Shown here piece by piece: positions 50,573 to 64,000 of a stretch of DNA of 64,000 bases. This stretch comes from Lama guanicoe (lineage: Eukaryota): contig MU054188.1 in NCBI GenBank assembly GCA_013239625.1, positions 66,234 through 130,233 of the forward strand, read 5' to 3'. Below the pieces are notes generated by a model. It worked only from the letters and a program-made list of their open reading frames with translations, was not told the DNA's origin and did not search any database. The position numbers and the translations under genes were made by a program. Each line of letters begins with the position of its first letter. Positions within the stretch are counted from its first letter, which is position 1.

Positions 50573-53529
50573 ATCTATCTATATATCTATATCTCTATAT
50601 CTCAAGGAAATACATTCCACTTAATAAATATGTACTGAATGTCTACTATATTTCAAGTGCTGAACCAGCACTTGAGGACAAAAGTATACGGGGCGTATGC
50701 CCTAATTTCAAGCAATCTACGATCTAATGTGATAGAAATGTGTATAAACTGTAAATTGATGTCGTAAGTTAAAAAAAAAGAATATGGCAAGTGTTATTAG
50801 AGAAAGTTGACTAAGGATCCGTGAAAAGAACAATTGGAAAGAATTAACTGCTTTCTGGAAATTACTTGAAATTTAAGAGGCAAACATCCTGCTTATTTAG
50901 AAGAGTGGGAAAGTAAAACTTTAGAGCAAGAAAGAGAGGCCAGATCATAAAGGTATTTATTACAAAGTGTGGAGTTAGCTGGATCTCGGTGAGCCAAGAG
51001 ACGTTTAAGAAAGGAGGTGATGTTATCAGCATCGTCTGCAAGGAGGTCTAGCACGGGCACTGCTCTTCACTGTGGAGCGCTGGAGACCATGCTTCTATCA
51101 AAGTGTCAACATTTTTTATTCTCCTTTCCTCTTTCATTTATTTTTCAACTGTAGCCATTGCAACTTCCATCCTCCCATAAAGAAAAAAGGCTTTACATTT
51201 CATCCACTTTTCTCCAAATGAGGTGAAAATTCTCAAGATTTTGTCAACTTACATATCCGTTTTCTAGAAGTTATGGTTAGGTTTCTAGAGGGAAGGTTAG
51301 AATCCTCTCACTTCTCCTATTGGTGGTTTTCATAAACTGACATTTTTTTAAGGTTACGAGTCACCGACTCTCCCTCTTTGGTAGTCTCGCATAATTCTTT
51401 TTCTATTGTGATTTTATTTTGATCTTTTTGTTTATTTTGTTAGGTATTATAGAGGACAAATTCTGTGATATGACTTCATTTGTTTAACTTGTTCCCAAAT
51501 TTTTGCTTTTTTTTAAAAAAAAATAAGCCACGGATAACTGTTTCATAAAGTAGAGAAGAATATAAGGTATTCATACAGTTTTATGTCTAGAATGTTCCAA
51601 ATTTTGAGTCTCTGCAAACAACTGGAAATGGACTACCCTACCCAGAACTCTACATGGAGTCAAAGGGAGAGCAAATTCAATCTGAATCAATGTCAGTGGA
51701 ACAGGGCATTTTGGAAATCTGAGTATTTGTACATTGTTTGGTACTATCCTAATTCATTGCAGAATGCTGATTACTGTTTGGGATACAAATGGAACATCAT
51801 CTGATGTGTTCACACCTGTTATACGTGGTAGTGACACTGAATGGCACAATGCTCCTCAAGCACTTAAGGAGCAAACTGTACTGGACTGATCGTGAGCCCA
51901 AACTCCCAGAACCCCAGAAAGCACTGAACAGTGTACAGTAGTTTCAATAAATGGCCTTTCATATAAAACCACTGCTGTTTTGAATATCTGGGTTTCCTTG
52001 GTGGATAAGCTAGAGATTAGTGGTGACTTTCAATTTATTCCAACTTCCCTGAACTGTTAATAAATAGGGAAATATTCTTAAACAGCCACACCTGAATCAT
52101 TAAGTTCCCCCAAATCGACATTTCTACCAAAACCTATGATGAAGTGGGAGACAAAGCCACATTGTGGTTGAAAATACAGGCTTTCGCTCAAATCCCGGAT
52201 TCTCAACCTTCTACCCAAGTCTCCTTGCAACAGTTTTTCACCTAACGCTTACTTTTCTCAACTCTAAAATGTGGATAATAATAGTGTCTATATCTTAGGA
52301 TCGTTTTGAGCATTAAATGAGATAGTAAGCATTAAAAATTTTAAAGCCATTACTAAGTGTTTAATAAATGCTATCCATTATAACAGTATGGTAATAATAA
52401 CCAATGTCCTTTTCAAGAAACTCAGGCTTAACTGGTAAAAATAGGTATTAAATTGTTTGGTTTAACCCGAGACTGTAAAGATGTTGGTCATTCTACTTGC
52501 CGCAAGGCCAGCTTGTTTCCATTCCTCTTCTGTCCAGCTGCATCCTCGGTTAGCCAGGTCAGTGAAGGTCTAACCCGCACTTCAGATAAAGCCAATCAGA
52601 ACACCCGGCAGCGGACTGTTAGGACTGGGCTACCGCCGACTCCCCGTGCCCCGGACGCCAAGTATGCCGAGATAAAGAAGAAGACTACTTGTGCAAGTCA
52701 AAGTCCAGGAATATGAGCCAGGGCTCCACCCAGTCTTCATAATAAAAGCATTTTGAAATGAAATCAGGAGGGAACGTGTCACCTTCTACAAGAGCTTGCC
52801 CAGAGGACAAAAGAAAAAGACAAGTCACGCTCTTCTGAAACTGTCCACCTGGCTATCTTTATGTTAATATTGACTTGGAATGTAACCCAAGTCACAGAAA
52901 AGCAAAGGAATGAGCTTACTAATTCTGCAGCTGAACCTTTAGAGCATTCAGGGTCTAATTAAGTTGATGGGTTTCATCCTCCTATCACCGCTGTTGATAA
53001 GAATCAAAAGAAACAGCTTTACAGCCTCATATTCCCAGGATAGTATCAACAGGGCTGGGGTGAGGGGAGAATAAAAGCAAGTGAGACCGAATCTACTGCG
53101 CCAAGTGTTCAATCTTCTCTTCTCTCTCCCTGAGCCCCCAGAGCTTGTGGGCTTATGAATTATAAATCTAAACCCAAAGCCACTTCTTGCAAAGAGTTTA
53201 AAATAAAATTCAAAAGGAAAGGGGAGAATTTTTTAAGAAGTCAAGCAAGGTAAGAACAGTTCTATAATGACTTGGGTTTTCCAGCCTAAGGATCATCTTT
53301 GTCATTTCTTTAGATTCACCCAGAAGGTCACAAACCAGGGTTTAAGCTTCAGCCCTTACACATCACTAGACAGTATTGCTGAAGCTCTGCAGGGGTTATG
53401 AGTTCAGAAGCCACAATAACCACCCATCTGAGGAATACAGCCACTGTGAATTGGGGGCTAGGGTGGGGAGCAAGATTACACACAAGACAACAGAGGAAGG
53501 GAAGAATTATAGGAACAGAAACACCAAGA

Positions 53530-53700
53530 ATTTAACAAGTTTATACTGTATAGTACAGGGAACTATATTCAATATCTTATAGTAACATGGTGAAAAAGAA
53601 TATGAAAATGAATATATGTCTGTTCATGTATGACTGAAGCATTATGTTATACACCAGAAATTGACACGCTGCAAACTGACTATACTTCAATGAAAAAAAA
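53530..53700 (+). mobile_element. L1 3'-end fragment
   Basis: tatactgtatagtacagggaactatattcaatatctt...actgactatacttcaat plus A tail. Confidence 0.7.
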
Positions 53701-53913
53701 AATATACACATATACAAAATTTTTTTTACTAAGTATAATCTCCTCAAAAAGATAAGAATGATACTGGTAACATGAAGGACAAAACATTATAAAAATAACT
53801 AGGTAAAAAATATGGCTGAAAAACCTAATAAATGAAACAAAGATGAGGCTAATACCAAGAGAGAAGGAACTAAAACATTCATTAAAACTGAGCTAGAAGA
53901 CCAGACCTCATAA

Positions 53914-54028
53914 GGAGGGAGGGTATAGCTCAAGTGGTAGAGTGCGTGCTTAGCATGCACAAGGCCCTCCGTTAAAGTAAAACAAACAAATAAATAAAAT
54001 AAACCTAGTTACCTTCTGCCCCCCAAAA
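53914..54028 (+). mobile_element. tRNA-Ala-derived SINE (camelid Vic-1-like)
   Basis: gggagggtatagctcaagtggtagagtgcgtgcttagcatgcacaaggccct and an A-rich tail; TSD agaccagacctcataa/agatcagacctgataa. Confidence 0.8.
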
Positions 54029-56094
54029 AGATCAGACCTGATAAACTCTCCCAAAAAGCAACAGAAAATAATATATTAACAATATATTAATAACATAAAA
54101 CAATAAAGATATTAAATTAGGTAGGTAGATAGATAAATAGGCACCAAAAGACCATTGGAGATGCCAAAATCCAGACAATAAGCATTGCAGGTGAAGAGAA
54201 GAGAAAAAATGAAATAATAATATATTTCCTATACTAGACAAAGGTGGGTATGTCTGAGTACGCTGAGACAAGCTAGATAGAGAAAACTTACTTCTCAAGA
54301 AACCAGACACTTAAATGTGATAGTAAAATAAAAGAATGGCTTAGAAGGCTTACTGCACAAAGAACAAATTCAAAACACTTCTAAAAGAAATACTCAAATA
54401 AAAGGATAAATAAACAGAAGGGTGATGCAAATAACATGAAACGTAAAAATTACAATATAACATATTAATTACATAATGTGTATTTTTAACTTTTAAAAAA
54501 GGAAGACTCAAAGAGGAATAAAAGAAAATCTATATCCAAAGCAGAACTAAAATTTTAGAAAACATGAAAATGGTGGGGTTGTGAAGAAAGACGAAAGTAA
54601 CATACAAAAATGGTAATATATTTGTTGTGATCCAAGAAAGAAATAGAAATGCCTAAGTTTAAGAAATCAGTAGATGAAAATAAACAAAACTGAATCTTAA
54701 GGTATCAATCCCAAAAATAAAATATAATTTATAACTCAACAAAACAAAAAGTACCCACCCAATGAGAGACAGGAAAAGAGTTTTAATAGTAGTAACTAGT
54801 GGAATAAATGGCATATATACAATAAGATGGCAGAAATCAGTCCAATTATATAACAGTCATCATGGAAAGAACGTATCAGTGAATCCCGTAATGAAAGACA
54901 CAGAACTCAAACTGGGTTAAAAACAATAATAAATCAATCCAGGAATGTATTGTATATAATAGACACACTTAAGTCTATTTTACCAAAAATATAAATTTTA
55001 CTTTCATGTATTCTAGTAATTAAGGGTTTGAACTGAAAATAGCACTTTGGGTCTACAGGAGTTAGAGGCTACTATTAAAGTTTCAGAAAGTTGTTTACAA
55101 ATAAGACATTTTAATCAAAATGCAAAATTTCATTCATATCTATTTGTATGCTAAAGCAGTCATTTGCTTGAATGTAACTAATTTATGAAATGGAATGGAC
55201 AGAAAGTGTTAATTTGGTGCTATGTTTGTCTAGAGCCCAGGATTTCCTATCACGTATCACTAAGGAAATACCTGGACTTTACTCATCACAATGAGTAAAT
55301 GATAGATAAACACACCCCTGCCCCTAGAAAAAGACTAACTGACCTGATTGCAGGGTGCTCTGTAAATTTGGATGACTTTCTTAAGCACACCTGCTTCTAC
55401 CATCTCTATAATCAATGTAGTAGTTTCTTTCGCCCCTACTATCCTTCATGGATTTACACTGACCACATGTCTGGGTCAGGGGAGGTCAGAGGTGCCCATG
55501 CGATGCACTCATCCCATTGCCACTGTCCTAATGGTAGCAGTTGCTTATTGGAAACATTCCACATGAACAGGAGAAGTATTTCAATGCTTAAAACATCTGG
55601 TTCCAAAATACATTCAGAGTAGCAGCTACAACCACTTGGATATATAAAATGCCCATAAATATTTTGACTATCAGCCTATTGCTGGAAGGCTTTGTGAAAA
55701 CAGGTGCACAAAACTGCAGGTGGTCCAAAATGCTGACAAACATCAGTTAATTTCAAGGACCCCAGTGGTGGGGGCCGTTCTTGACTGACATCCTAAATCT
55801 TGCAACTTTATTTCTACTCTGCTCTGATGATCAAAAGCAAATTATAAGCCCAGCCAAGTTAAAGAGAGAGAAAAGAAATCGTGTGCCTGATGGAGACACT
55901 GACACTGTTGTTTTCTTTCAAGACTTTTTGAACATATTGTACCTACAGAAAGGAAAAAAATCTCAAAATTCTAAAGCCTAAGGCTTCTCACCCAGGTCTC
56001 TCAAATCACCAGCACAGCTTCCCCCGCCTCACAAGACCAACCGTGTCCTGCCAGGTCCCTGCGGCCCACCACCCAGGCAAAGCACCTTATTTGT

Positions 56095-56700
56095 TAGTAT
56101 CTGTTGCTGTGTAACGTTGTCACCCCAAATTTTGGTGGAAAAGATACATTTTTATCACTATAGTTCTGAGAGAAGACGGGACAGCTGGGTGGCTCTCACA
56201 TGGGCCTTTCATTTAGCTGTAATTGGCGGCGACGGCATTTGGAATCATGGAAAGGCTCAACTGAGCTGGTGTCCAAGATGACTTTAGGTCACAGTTCACT
56301 ACAGCTGAGACGGCTGGATGAGGCGGGGGCTAACCAAGTATCTCTCTCTATTCAGCAAGGCTGGCTTGGGCGTCCGCGTTGCACGGCAATCTCACAGTAT
56401 TTGAACTTTTGTTGTTGGGAGGTGGGGTAATAGTTAGCTGTTTTTTTTTAATGGAGGTACTGGGGACTGACCCCAGGACCTTGTGCATGCGGGGCATGCA
56501 CTCTACCACTGAGCTATACTCTCCCACCTGAACTTTTTCATGACTCCTGGATCCCCGCAGAGCACATGTTCCAAAACAGAAGGGAGAAGCTACAAGTCTC
56601 CAGTGATCTAAACTCTGAAATGACACAACTTCACTTCTACAACTCGTGTCAAAATCAAGTCACAGAACCAGTGAAGATGAAAGGGGGAGGGAAGAAACTA
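56095..56700 (-). mobile_element. old MLT1-type MaLR LTR interrupted by a SINE
   Basis: tagtatctgttgctgtgtaac...ccccaaatt...; cacaacttcacttctac...aagtcacag. Confidence 0.5.
56411..56528 (-). mobile_element. tRNA-Ala-derived SINE (Vic-1-like)
   Basis: ccccaggaccttgtgcatgcggggcatgcactctaccactgagctatac; TSD tgaactttt on both sides. Confidence 0.8.
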
Positions 56701-56907
56701 CCCCCCACAGTCATGAAGCTGCAAAGGACCTCAAGGGCCACCAGGGCCAAGAGGCAAAGCAGCCGTCTACGTCAGCCCCTCCCCCCACAGCTCTGCCTTT
56801 CCTAGGATCTCAGCCCCTCTGACCCTCATTGTGTCAAACACAGTCTGACTGCAAGTCAGTAACTTTTGTGTTTTACCCGTATTTGCTGGTTGTGTTTGAG
56901 ACAATTA

Positions 56908-57375
56908 CAGACATATCTCAGAGCTATTATGGGTTCAGTTTCAGACACAATAAAGCGAGTATCACAACAAGGTGAGTCACAGAAATGTTTTGGTTTCCCA
57001 GTGCATATTAAAGTTATATTTACACTTCACTGTATTTTATTAAGTGTGCAATAGTACTGGCTAAAACACCAATGTACTATCTGAATTTAAAAATACTTTA
57101 TTGCTAAGAAATGCTATCATCTGAGAACAAAGGGTTGCTACAAACTTTCAATTTGTAAAAAATGCAGTATCTGCAAAGCATCAAGTCATCTCTCTCATCT
57201 ATTAGCTGAGTGACCTTGGGTAAATTATGTCACCTCTCTGTACTCCATAATCTACAGGGTCAGCCGGAATACTGCATCACAGGGTTACTATGAGGTCTAA
57301 ACGAGATAAACCACATAACACATTTACAATAGTACTCAGCACAGGCGTGAAGCACATTAAAACGAGGTATGCCTG
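56908..57375. mobile_element. Tigger1-derived non-autonomous DNA transposon with a ~165-bp internal insert
   Basis: TA|CAGACATATCTC ... GAGGTATGCCTG|TA terminal inverted repeats with TA TSD; internal sequence matches recalled Tigger1 ends. Confidence 0.8.
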
Positions 57376-57935
57376 TAATCAGAAGAGAAAGTCTACTGAC
57401 TATCATTAAAGACCACTTGGTTATGTTTTTTAGGCATATGTTTTAATAAATCCCTATTAGGAGGGGCAAGGAATATTATTATAATTTTGTGAAAATCCAC
57501 ATATTTATTCTGAGACAGTATTAACGAGTTGGATTTGAAGATAAAGACAGCTTATATTTCCTAAGAAACAATGTTTTTATCCTCTTGAAAAGGGAAAGTA
57601 CTTTGAAAGAGGCTGTGTTACAAAGAGGGGAAGCATGACATGGAAAGAACAGATTCAAAACGCAAGATTAATGAGTAACGTGTATTTGAGAAAACTAAAA
57701 AAAAAAAAAAGATTGAAATACAGATTAGAAAGAAGTTTCAGAAAAGTAGAGAACTACCTATCTGTGTGATGCTAGGTCCCTCGCGGTTCTTTCTTAGACT
57801 TTCTTCTCAACTCCTGGGTTGCTCCTCTGCATTAGAAGACCACATCCACAACAGCCATGCCTCAGTTTCCACCCAGATGCTGGTAACTTACTGTTTTCAT
57901 TTGAATTCCCAATATGAAAATTAAAATACATTTAA

Positions 57936-58857
57936 TTAATATTTCTTTGAAAAAAATGCAAGTCTTTTCAAGATGTCATGGAAAGACTGCTTTGCTTGCT
58001 TATTTCTCAGGGTATAAATGAAGGGGTTCAACAAAGGAGCAACAGATGCAGTGAGCAGGGAAACTCCCTTATTAAGGGCCACTTCATCCTTAGCTGGAGG
58101 TTTGATATACACCGAAATGCAGCTGTCATAGGTCATGGAGATCACAATCATGTGGGAAGAACACGTGGGAAAGGCTTTTTTCCTTTGCTGAGCAGAGGGT
58201 AATCTTAGGACCATCCTGATGAACTACACACACAAGGGTCATTATGAAGGTCAACACAGCACAGAATATAACCAGCTGCTCTATGAACCATGTATCTGAA
58301 CATGAATTCTTCAGTATTGGAGAAGCATCACAGAAAAAATGGTCAATAACAGAGTCACAGAATTCCAGGTGGAGACTCGGGCCAAGGGGAGGGAGAATAA
58401 TCAATAAGCCAGATACGCAACAACAGACGATGAGATTCCTTCAGACTCTGCTGTTCATGATGGTCACGTGGTGCAGGGGTTTGCAGATGGCCACATAGCG
58501 GTCATAGGACATCACAGCCAAGAGGAAAAATTCTGTAGCTCCAAAGAGGACAATAAAAAATATTTGGCTGAAGCAGGCATTGATGGTGATGGTTTTGTCC
58601 CCACTTGATATGATGTAGAGGTACGTGGGGACACAGGCAGTTGTAAATGAGATCTCTAAGAAAGAAAAATTTTGAAGGGAAAAATACATCGCTGTTTTTT
58701 AATGAGAATCCACCAAGATGGGGGAAACTATGGTCAGGTTCCCAACTGCACTTAACATATATGTGATCAACAGAAAGCTAAAAGCCAAAATCTCTAGTTG
58801 TGGGTCATTCGTCAAACCCAGGGCGATGAACGTTGTTACTGCCGAACGGTTTCTCAT
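57936..58857 (-). pseudogene. olfactory receptor OR6C-family (OR6C2/OR6C68-like) pseudogene
   Basis: ATG at 58857 (MRNRSAVTTFIALGLTNDPQL); in-frame TAA at 58701-58699, TGA at 58443-58441 and a frameshifting deletion near 58222. Retains [23 protein letters not shown] and [12 protein letters not shown]. Confidence 0.92.
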
Positions 58858-59654
58858 CACTGACTTCATACTATGGCCATTGGTTCAAGACTGCTTCACA
58901 TAAAAGGCACAGAAATTAGATCTGAAGAGCAATGTCAAAATATGACAGAAGCAGACCGCATCTACAATACCAAGCAAACCCAGTCACATGCATGTCCTTC
59001 TGGAACTTAACAATCCGATTTTAGTGAGATGATTCCCTCAAATCCACTGAAATGTGCCACAGGGAGGTGAAGCTTCGGGGAAATTTCTTTTGAAAACTGC
59101 TACTAAAATTGTTTTAAATATTCGAAGATCTCCCAATTCACAGCACTATTTCCAATTTTTTTTTAAGTCCATACTTCAGTTGAGATGTCTCCTATTGGAT
59201 CAGAAGTTGGCCACTTTTGAGCTATACTTTGACTGGTCATTGAGTCTCTTTATTCCAAAGCATTTGTACTCAAAAGCTAAACCCTAAAATTCCTTTGCTT
59301 TAAGTTATGGTGCCTGATAAAATGCAAATATATGGAGGATGGCATTATGCCCTAGGTGCAGAATCTCTCCAGATCTTTCCTCCAGTGAACGAAGCATTAT
59401 TTAAAGGTCAAGTTAGATTTCTCCCAGAAAATAGTCATTCGATGGCCCCTTTCTCCAGTCTTTCTCTAAGTTCCTCTTATTTCCTTATTTTCCATCTCTG
59501 TCCTCAGCAGAGAGCTTTAATGCATGACTATTTTAATGCAATTTGAAGAAAACATAGGTCAAAAAGGATAAATAGCTGAAGGATATCAAGATACACTTTG
59601 CTTTCCCTCCTCCATGACAGCAGAAGTGTGATGCATGTTTCACAGGGGCTAATG

Positions 59655-59870
59655 TATGGACCTTGGAGCAGTTTGTCTGGGATCAAGTCATCTCTCTCTC
59701 ATCTACTAGCTGAGTGACCTTCGGCAAATTATTTAATCTCTCTGTACTTGGACTTCCTAATCTATAAAGTGGAGTCAACGGGAATGCATACTGCATCATA
59801 GGGTTACTATGATGTTTAAATGAGATAAACCACGCAGAATGTTTACAATAGTACTTAGCACATGATTAAT
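59655..59870 (+). mobile_element. MIR SINE remnant
   Basis: tagctgagtgaccttcggcaaattatttaatctctctgt...atagggttactatg...tacttagcaca. Confidence 0.65.
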
Positions 59871-60339
59871 ATTACACTTTTTTTTCTGAAGCCAATCTTT
59901 CTCATTATCTCAAGAAGGCATTTAGCTCCACTAGGAGCACCTCTCTCTCTTTCTCTCTCTCTCTCAGTATCATCAATTTCTTCCACTTTTCTAGATTTAT
60001 TTCCTCAGCATACAAACATTCTCTGGTATGACCCTATACTTAAAAAAACCATAAAAATACTCGTAGGGAGTGACACTTCAATCACTATACTCTTTATATA
60101 GTTTTTACTTTAGGAAACGTGTTAATCTACATATTCAAAAATAAAATATATCTTCCAAACTGGTAACTGACCTCTTTATTAATATAACTGCTGTCTACTC
60201 AGTTTATGTTTCAATGTGATATTGAGACCACTGCCTAAGTGTGTGGTAATTTAAGATCTGGGCATTAGCCACATAACAGTTATATTGGTCTATTCAGCTA
60301 TTTGTCTTCATTCAATGTTCTCTCTTCATTCAATGTTCC

Positions 60340-60660
60340 AGGCCTCCACTGCTCAATGCACTAGCTATCAGCCATATATCTAACACTTGAGATGTGGCTG
60401 GTTCAAACTGTGGTGTATTATAACTGTGAAATACACATCAGATGTCAAGACTTAGAATACAAATACGTAAAATATACCATTTATAATTTTATACTGAATA
60501 CAAGTGGAACTGTTAGTATTTTGCATATATATGGAGTTAAATGAAATACATTATTACAAATCAAGATCATCTGCTTCTTTTTACCTTTTGAATGATATGA
60601 CCAGAAAACTATAAATTATAAATGAGGCTCACATTGTATTTCTGTTGCACTATACTGTTC
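60340..60660. mobile_element. MER33-like hAT-Charlie element
   Basis: cacttgagatgtggctggttc...gtgaaatacacatcagat...ggctcacattgtatttctgttg. Confidence 0.6.
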
Positions 60661-61084
60661 TAGGTTTTCAAATTCTTTCACATTGTGGAATTTTGAAAAA
60701 AGGATCTCCTAAGACAAATGAGTTCGTTTTCTAAACGGCTTTCACTCTTTTTTAATACAACCCTCAAATAACTTTGAAGCGTATGCTCCCTGAAACTGAA
60801 AAAATGAGACTCTTTTTTGTCTTTGGAAAGTGAAAAGTATCAACTCCCACCAAGTACAGACTTACTGTTGTGCATTGCCAGATTGCAGGCATCGCAAAAG
60901 AAAAGGGACATTAACCTGCATTTATGAGACAAATAGTTTGCAAAGAGGTGATACAGGTACTGAAAGATGGGGGGATGTTAAAAATGGAGCGTTTACCAAT
61001 GGTAATTGAGGTATATAATATAAACACATAGATAGAGACAAAATAGATAAACAAGAGACAGAGACAGACAAGGAAAGAGAAAGT

Positions 61085-61318
61085 GAGGTAGATAATAAAT
61101 TGGGAGTTTGGGATCGGCAAATACAAACTACCATGTACAGAACAGATACACATCAAGGTCCGACTGTATAGCACAGGGAACTATAGTCAATAGCTTGTAA
61201 CAACCTATAATGAAGAAGAATATGTATATATATAGCTGTATCACCATGCTGTACATCAGTAACTAATACACATTGTAAATCAACTATACTTCAATAAAAA
61301 TAAAAAATTAAAAAAAGA
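61085..61318 (+). mobile_element. L1 3'-end fragment with A tail
   Basis: aattgggagtttgggatc...ctgtatagcacagggaactata...aatcaactatacttcaataaaaa. Confidence 0.8.
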
Positions 61319-62389
61319 CCGGCAGAGAGAGAGAAATTAGGAAAGGGTTTCCCGTGTGTCAATCAAACCACGGTACATGGTGTTGCACCAACTTAATGAT
61401 GCATAAAATGAGTCCTGCCCACGTTTACAACTGGAGAAGGTTCATGAGCTCTATAAATAACCTCAGAAATAACTGGATTTCTTAATAAAACATCAAAAAC
61501 AAATAAATATTGAAACTAGTAATCATTTGTTTTACTAGAGTGAAACATAATCACAAATGCCTTCTCTATAAATTATTTGCTGAAACAGGCCTGGCTTGAA
61601 AACACCCCAGTACTTAACTTCTGACATTCTTCATCGTTTCCCCAGGAGGCTACACCTCAAATGACCTCAGTGAGCTTCACAGTTAAACAAAAAGTTACTA
61701 GTAGGATCGTCTAAGTGCATTCCCAGCCCCTCGCCCCCGGGAACCTACAGTCACCATATATATACACATGGTTTCTAAACATACAATACCATCCTACTCC
61801 AAAATTAAGATATATTTCTGTGCACTCTGAGTACCTGAAAGGAAGATAAAGTCCAAAGGGCAAGGAGGAGTTAGGAAGACACTCTGGCTCCGTGAAAGTG
61901 GATGTTCTGATTTTCTCTGCTCAAACAGGTTTTTACATTTATGAAACCCTATTTATTTCCTTCATTTCCAACAGGTGTGCACAAAATAGGTGTGAATAAA
62001 AAATTCCTCGGAGGACCTGATTCAAAACTCTCCACTGAATTAAAAATATAATTTACTTTACAAAAAAAAAAATCCTAAGCCAAGAAATAAAGATAATTTC
62101 CTGAGAGAGAAAAAGATGCAGCAGTAGTAACAAGCTCAGTCCAAGCATCAGAAACAGGAAGATTCCAATGTCCCATCAGAAACCTGTTTCTAATTATTTG
62201 TTCACACATGGTTTATGCAATGCAACAAGATAGCCTTCTTATCTAAAATTATACCCATAACAATATTTAATACAGAAAATTCAAAAATAGACACAAAAAC
62301 TGAAAAAAGAAAACCATAGAAACTGTAACATCCAGAATAAACATTATTATTTTGGTGTCTCTCCTTCCAAATATTGTCTACCGTTAACA

Positions 62390-62820
62390 TGTGACTGCTG
62401 CAGTATTACTAGTTTATTATAAAAGACACTTCTCTGGAACAGCCAAATGGAAGAGTTTCACAGAGCGCAGTATGGAGGATGGGGCAGCATGGAGTCTCCA
62501 TGCTCAGCCCTCCCAGCATCTCGATGTGCTCCCCAATCTGGAAGCTCCCCTCACCTCCCTGTTCAAGAGTTTGTGTGGTACTTAATCTCCGTCTCTCACT
62601 CACCCGCCCCAGAGGCAGTGGACAGGGCTGCCAGCTTCAATCCTCCAGTCCTCTGGTCTTTCTAAAGATCAGCCCCATTCAGAGGCTACCTAGGGTCCCC
62701 ACCCTAAGTTTCCTTATGAGCATAAACACAAGGTAACAAAAGACACCCCTATCAATCAGAAGATTTCGAGAGTTTAGGAGCGCTGTGCCAGGAACAGGGA
62801 CAAAGACCACATACTTCCTA
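62390..62820. mobile_element. MER21-like ERV LTR fragment
   Basis: tttattataaaaga...ggaacagccaaatggaagag...caatctggaagctccc...gtgccaggaacagggacaaagacca. Confidence 0.55.
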
Positions 62821-63014
62821 TGACATATATATTTACAAAGTGCAGGTGCAGCAAGAGAGCAGTAAGCTTTTCAGTATCTTTCTCTTAATTAATAGAACAA
62901 GCAGAAAAAGAAATGAGCGTGTGCAATGAAGATCTGACCACTATAGTATATAAGGAGAGTAACAGATACATGTAGAAATGCACCCAAAAGATGAAGAAGA
63001 CACTTTTTCATTTT

Positions 63015-63352
63015 TTGCTTAAACAAGAGAACTGTTTTCTCACAGTTTGGAAGCTAGAAGTCCAAAATCAAGGTGCCGGCAGGGTTGGTTTCTTCTGAAT
63101 CCTCTCTCCTCTGCCTGTAGATGACCGTCTTCTCCCTGTGTCTTCACACGATGCTCCCTCTGTGCACCATCTGCCTAATCTCCTGTTTTTAGAAGGACAC
63201 AATTAAATTGGATTAGGGATCACGCTAATGACCTCATTTTAACCTATTACCTCTTTAAAGATCCTATCTTCAAATACAGTCACTTTCTGAAGTAATGGGG
63301 GTTAGTTAGGGTTTCAACGTATGAATTTGAGGAGAATGCAGCCCAGCCCATA
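63015..63352 (-). mobile_element. MLT1-type MaLR LTR
   Basis: ttctcacagtttggaagctagaagtccaaaatcaaggtgccggcagggttgg...gacctcattttaacc...ccaaatacagtcac-like tract. Confidence 0.75.
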
Positions 63353-63549
63353 GTAGGATCCTAGGGAAATGTACAGCCTGGAGTTGTGTGAGATTCTGAA
63401 TTGCTGCTAGAAAATAACTGAAACATACCGAGAACAATACAAAGAAACACATGATGTACTGGAAGCTCAGCTTATTAAACATTTCCAATACAACGCGAGT
63501 CCCTGGTATAAAGATCAGGAATAAATGTTACATTCTGTATGCTTTCTTT

Positions 63550-63920
63550 CCAATTTGTTTTATTGGGGTAAAATACACATAATATTCTACCATCTTAGCC
63601 TTTTTAAACGTGTAGTTCAGAAGTAATAAATACACTCCCAACGTTGTCCAGCTATGACGCCCACCCGTCTCTGTAACTCTTTTCATCCTGTAAAACTCAA
63701 ACTCTGTATCTATTAGACAATAATCCCCAATTTCCCGATCCCCCAGCCCCTGGCAACTACCATTAATGCTTTGTTTTTATTATTTTGCCAACTTTAAATA
63801 CCTCATGTAAGTGAAAACATACAGCGCTTGTCTTTTTGTGACTGGCTTATTACACTTAGCATAATGTCCTCAAGGTTCATCCACGTTGCACCGTATGTCA
63901 GAATTTTCTTCCTTTTTTAA
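63550..63920 (-). mobile_element. L1M 3'-end fragment
   Basis: ccccagcccctggcaactacc...gactggcttattacacttagcataatgtcctcaaggttcatcca. Confidence 0.75.
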
Positions 63921-64000
63921 ATGTGTATTTTACCACAATTTTTTAAGTTAAGGGAAAAACATCATACCACAAAAGAAGAAATGATAGAAATTAATTATCT

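Noticed and set aside
53914..53975. tRNA-Ala-like sequence (also 56460-56528)
   Set aside because: Incomplete cloverleaf, A-rich tail and TSDs indicate SINEs, not tRNA genes.

Overview
Eukaryotic, mammalian genomic DNA, most likely camelid: it has two tRNA-Ala-derived Vic-1-like SINEs with TSDs, laurasiatherian-type L1s and no Alu/BovB. It contains three assembly gaps. Left part (1-23.5 kb): CpG-island promoter and non-coding exon 1 of ACVRL1 (minus strand) and an intact spliced ANKRD33 gene (minus, 4 coding exons, 399 aa from the first in-frame ATG). Middle part (about 23.6-43.7 kb): a mosaic that does not match the usual ANKRD33-FIGNL2 neighbourhood. It holds a degenerate ~175-bp GC-rich tandem repeat, a doubly truncated L1, an orphan CpG-island first exon and an intron-containing duplicated 3' fragment of SH3YL1 (pseudogene). 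It also holds an old L1, a solo ERV LTR and, right after the LTR, an unrecognised >=434-codon ORF with CCAAT/GC/TATA promoter, signal peptide, possible TM segment, coiled-coil tail and a downstream AATAAA. Right part (44-64 kb): three OR6C-family olfactory receptor pseudogenes (one OR6C4-like) among interspersed repeats. Gene and repeat-family identities come from recalled sequences, not database searches; repeat boundaries are approximate.
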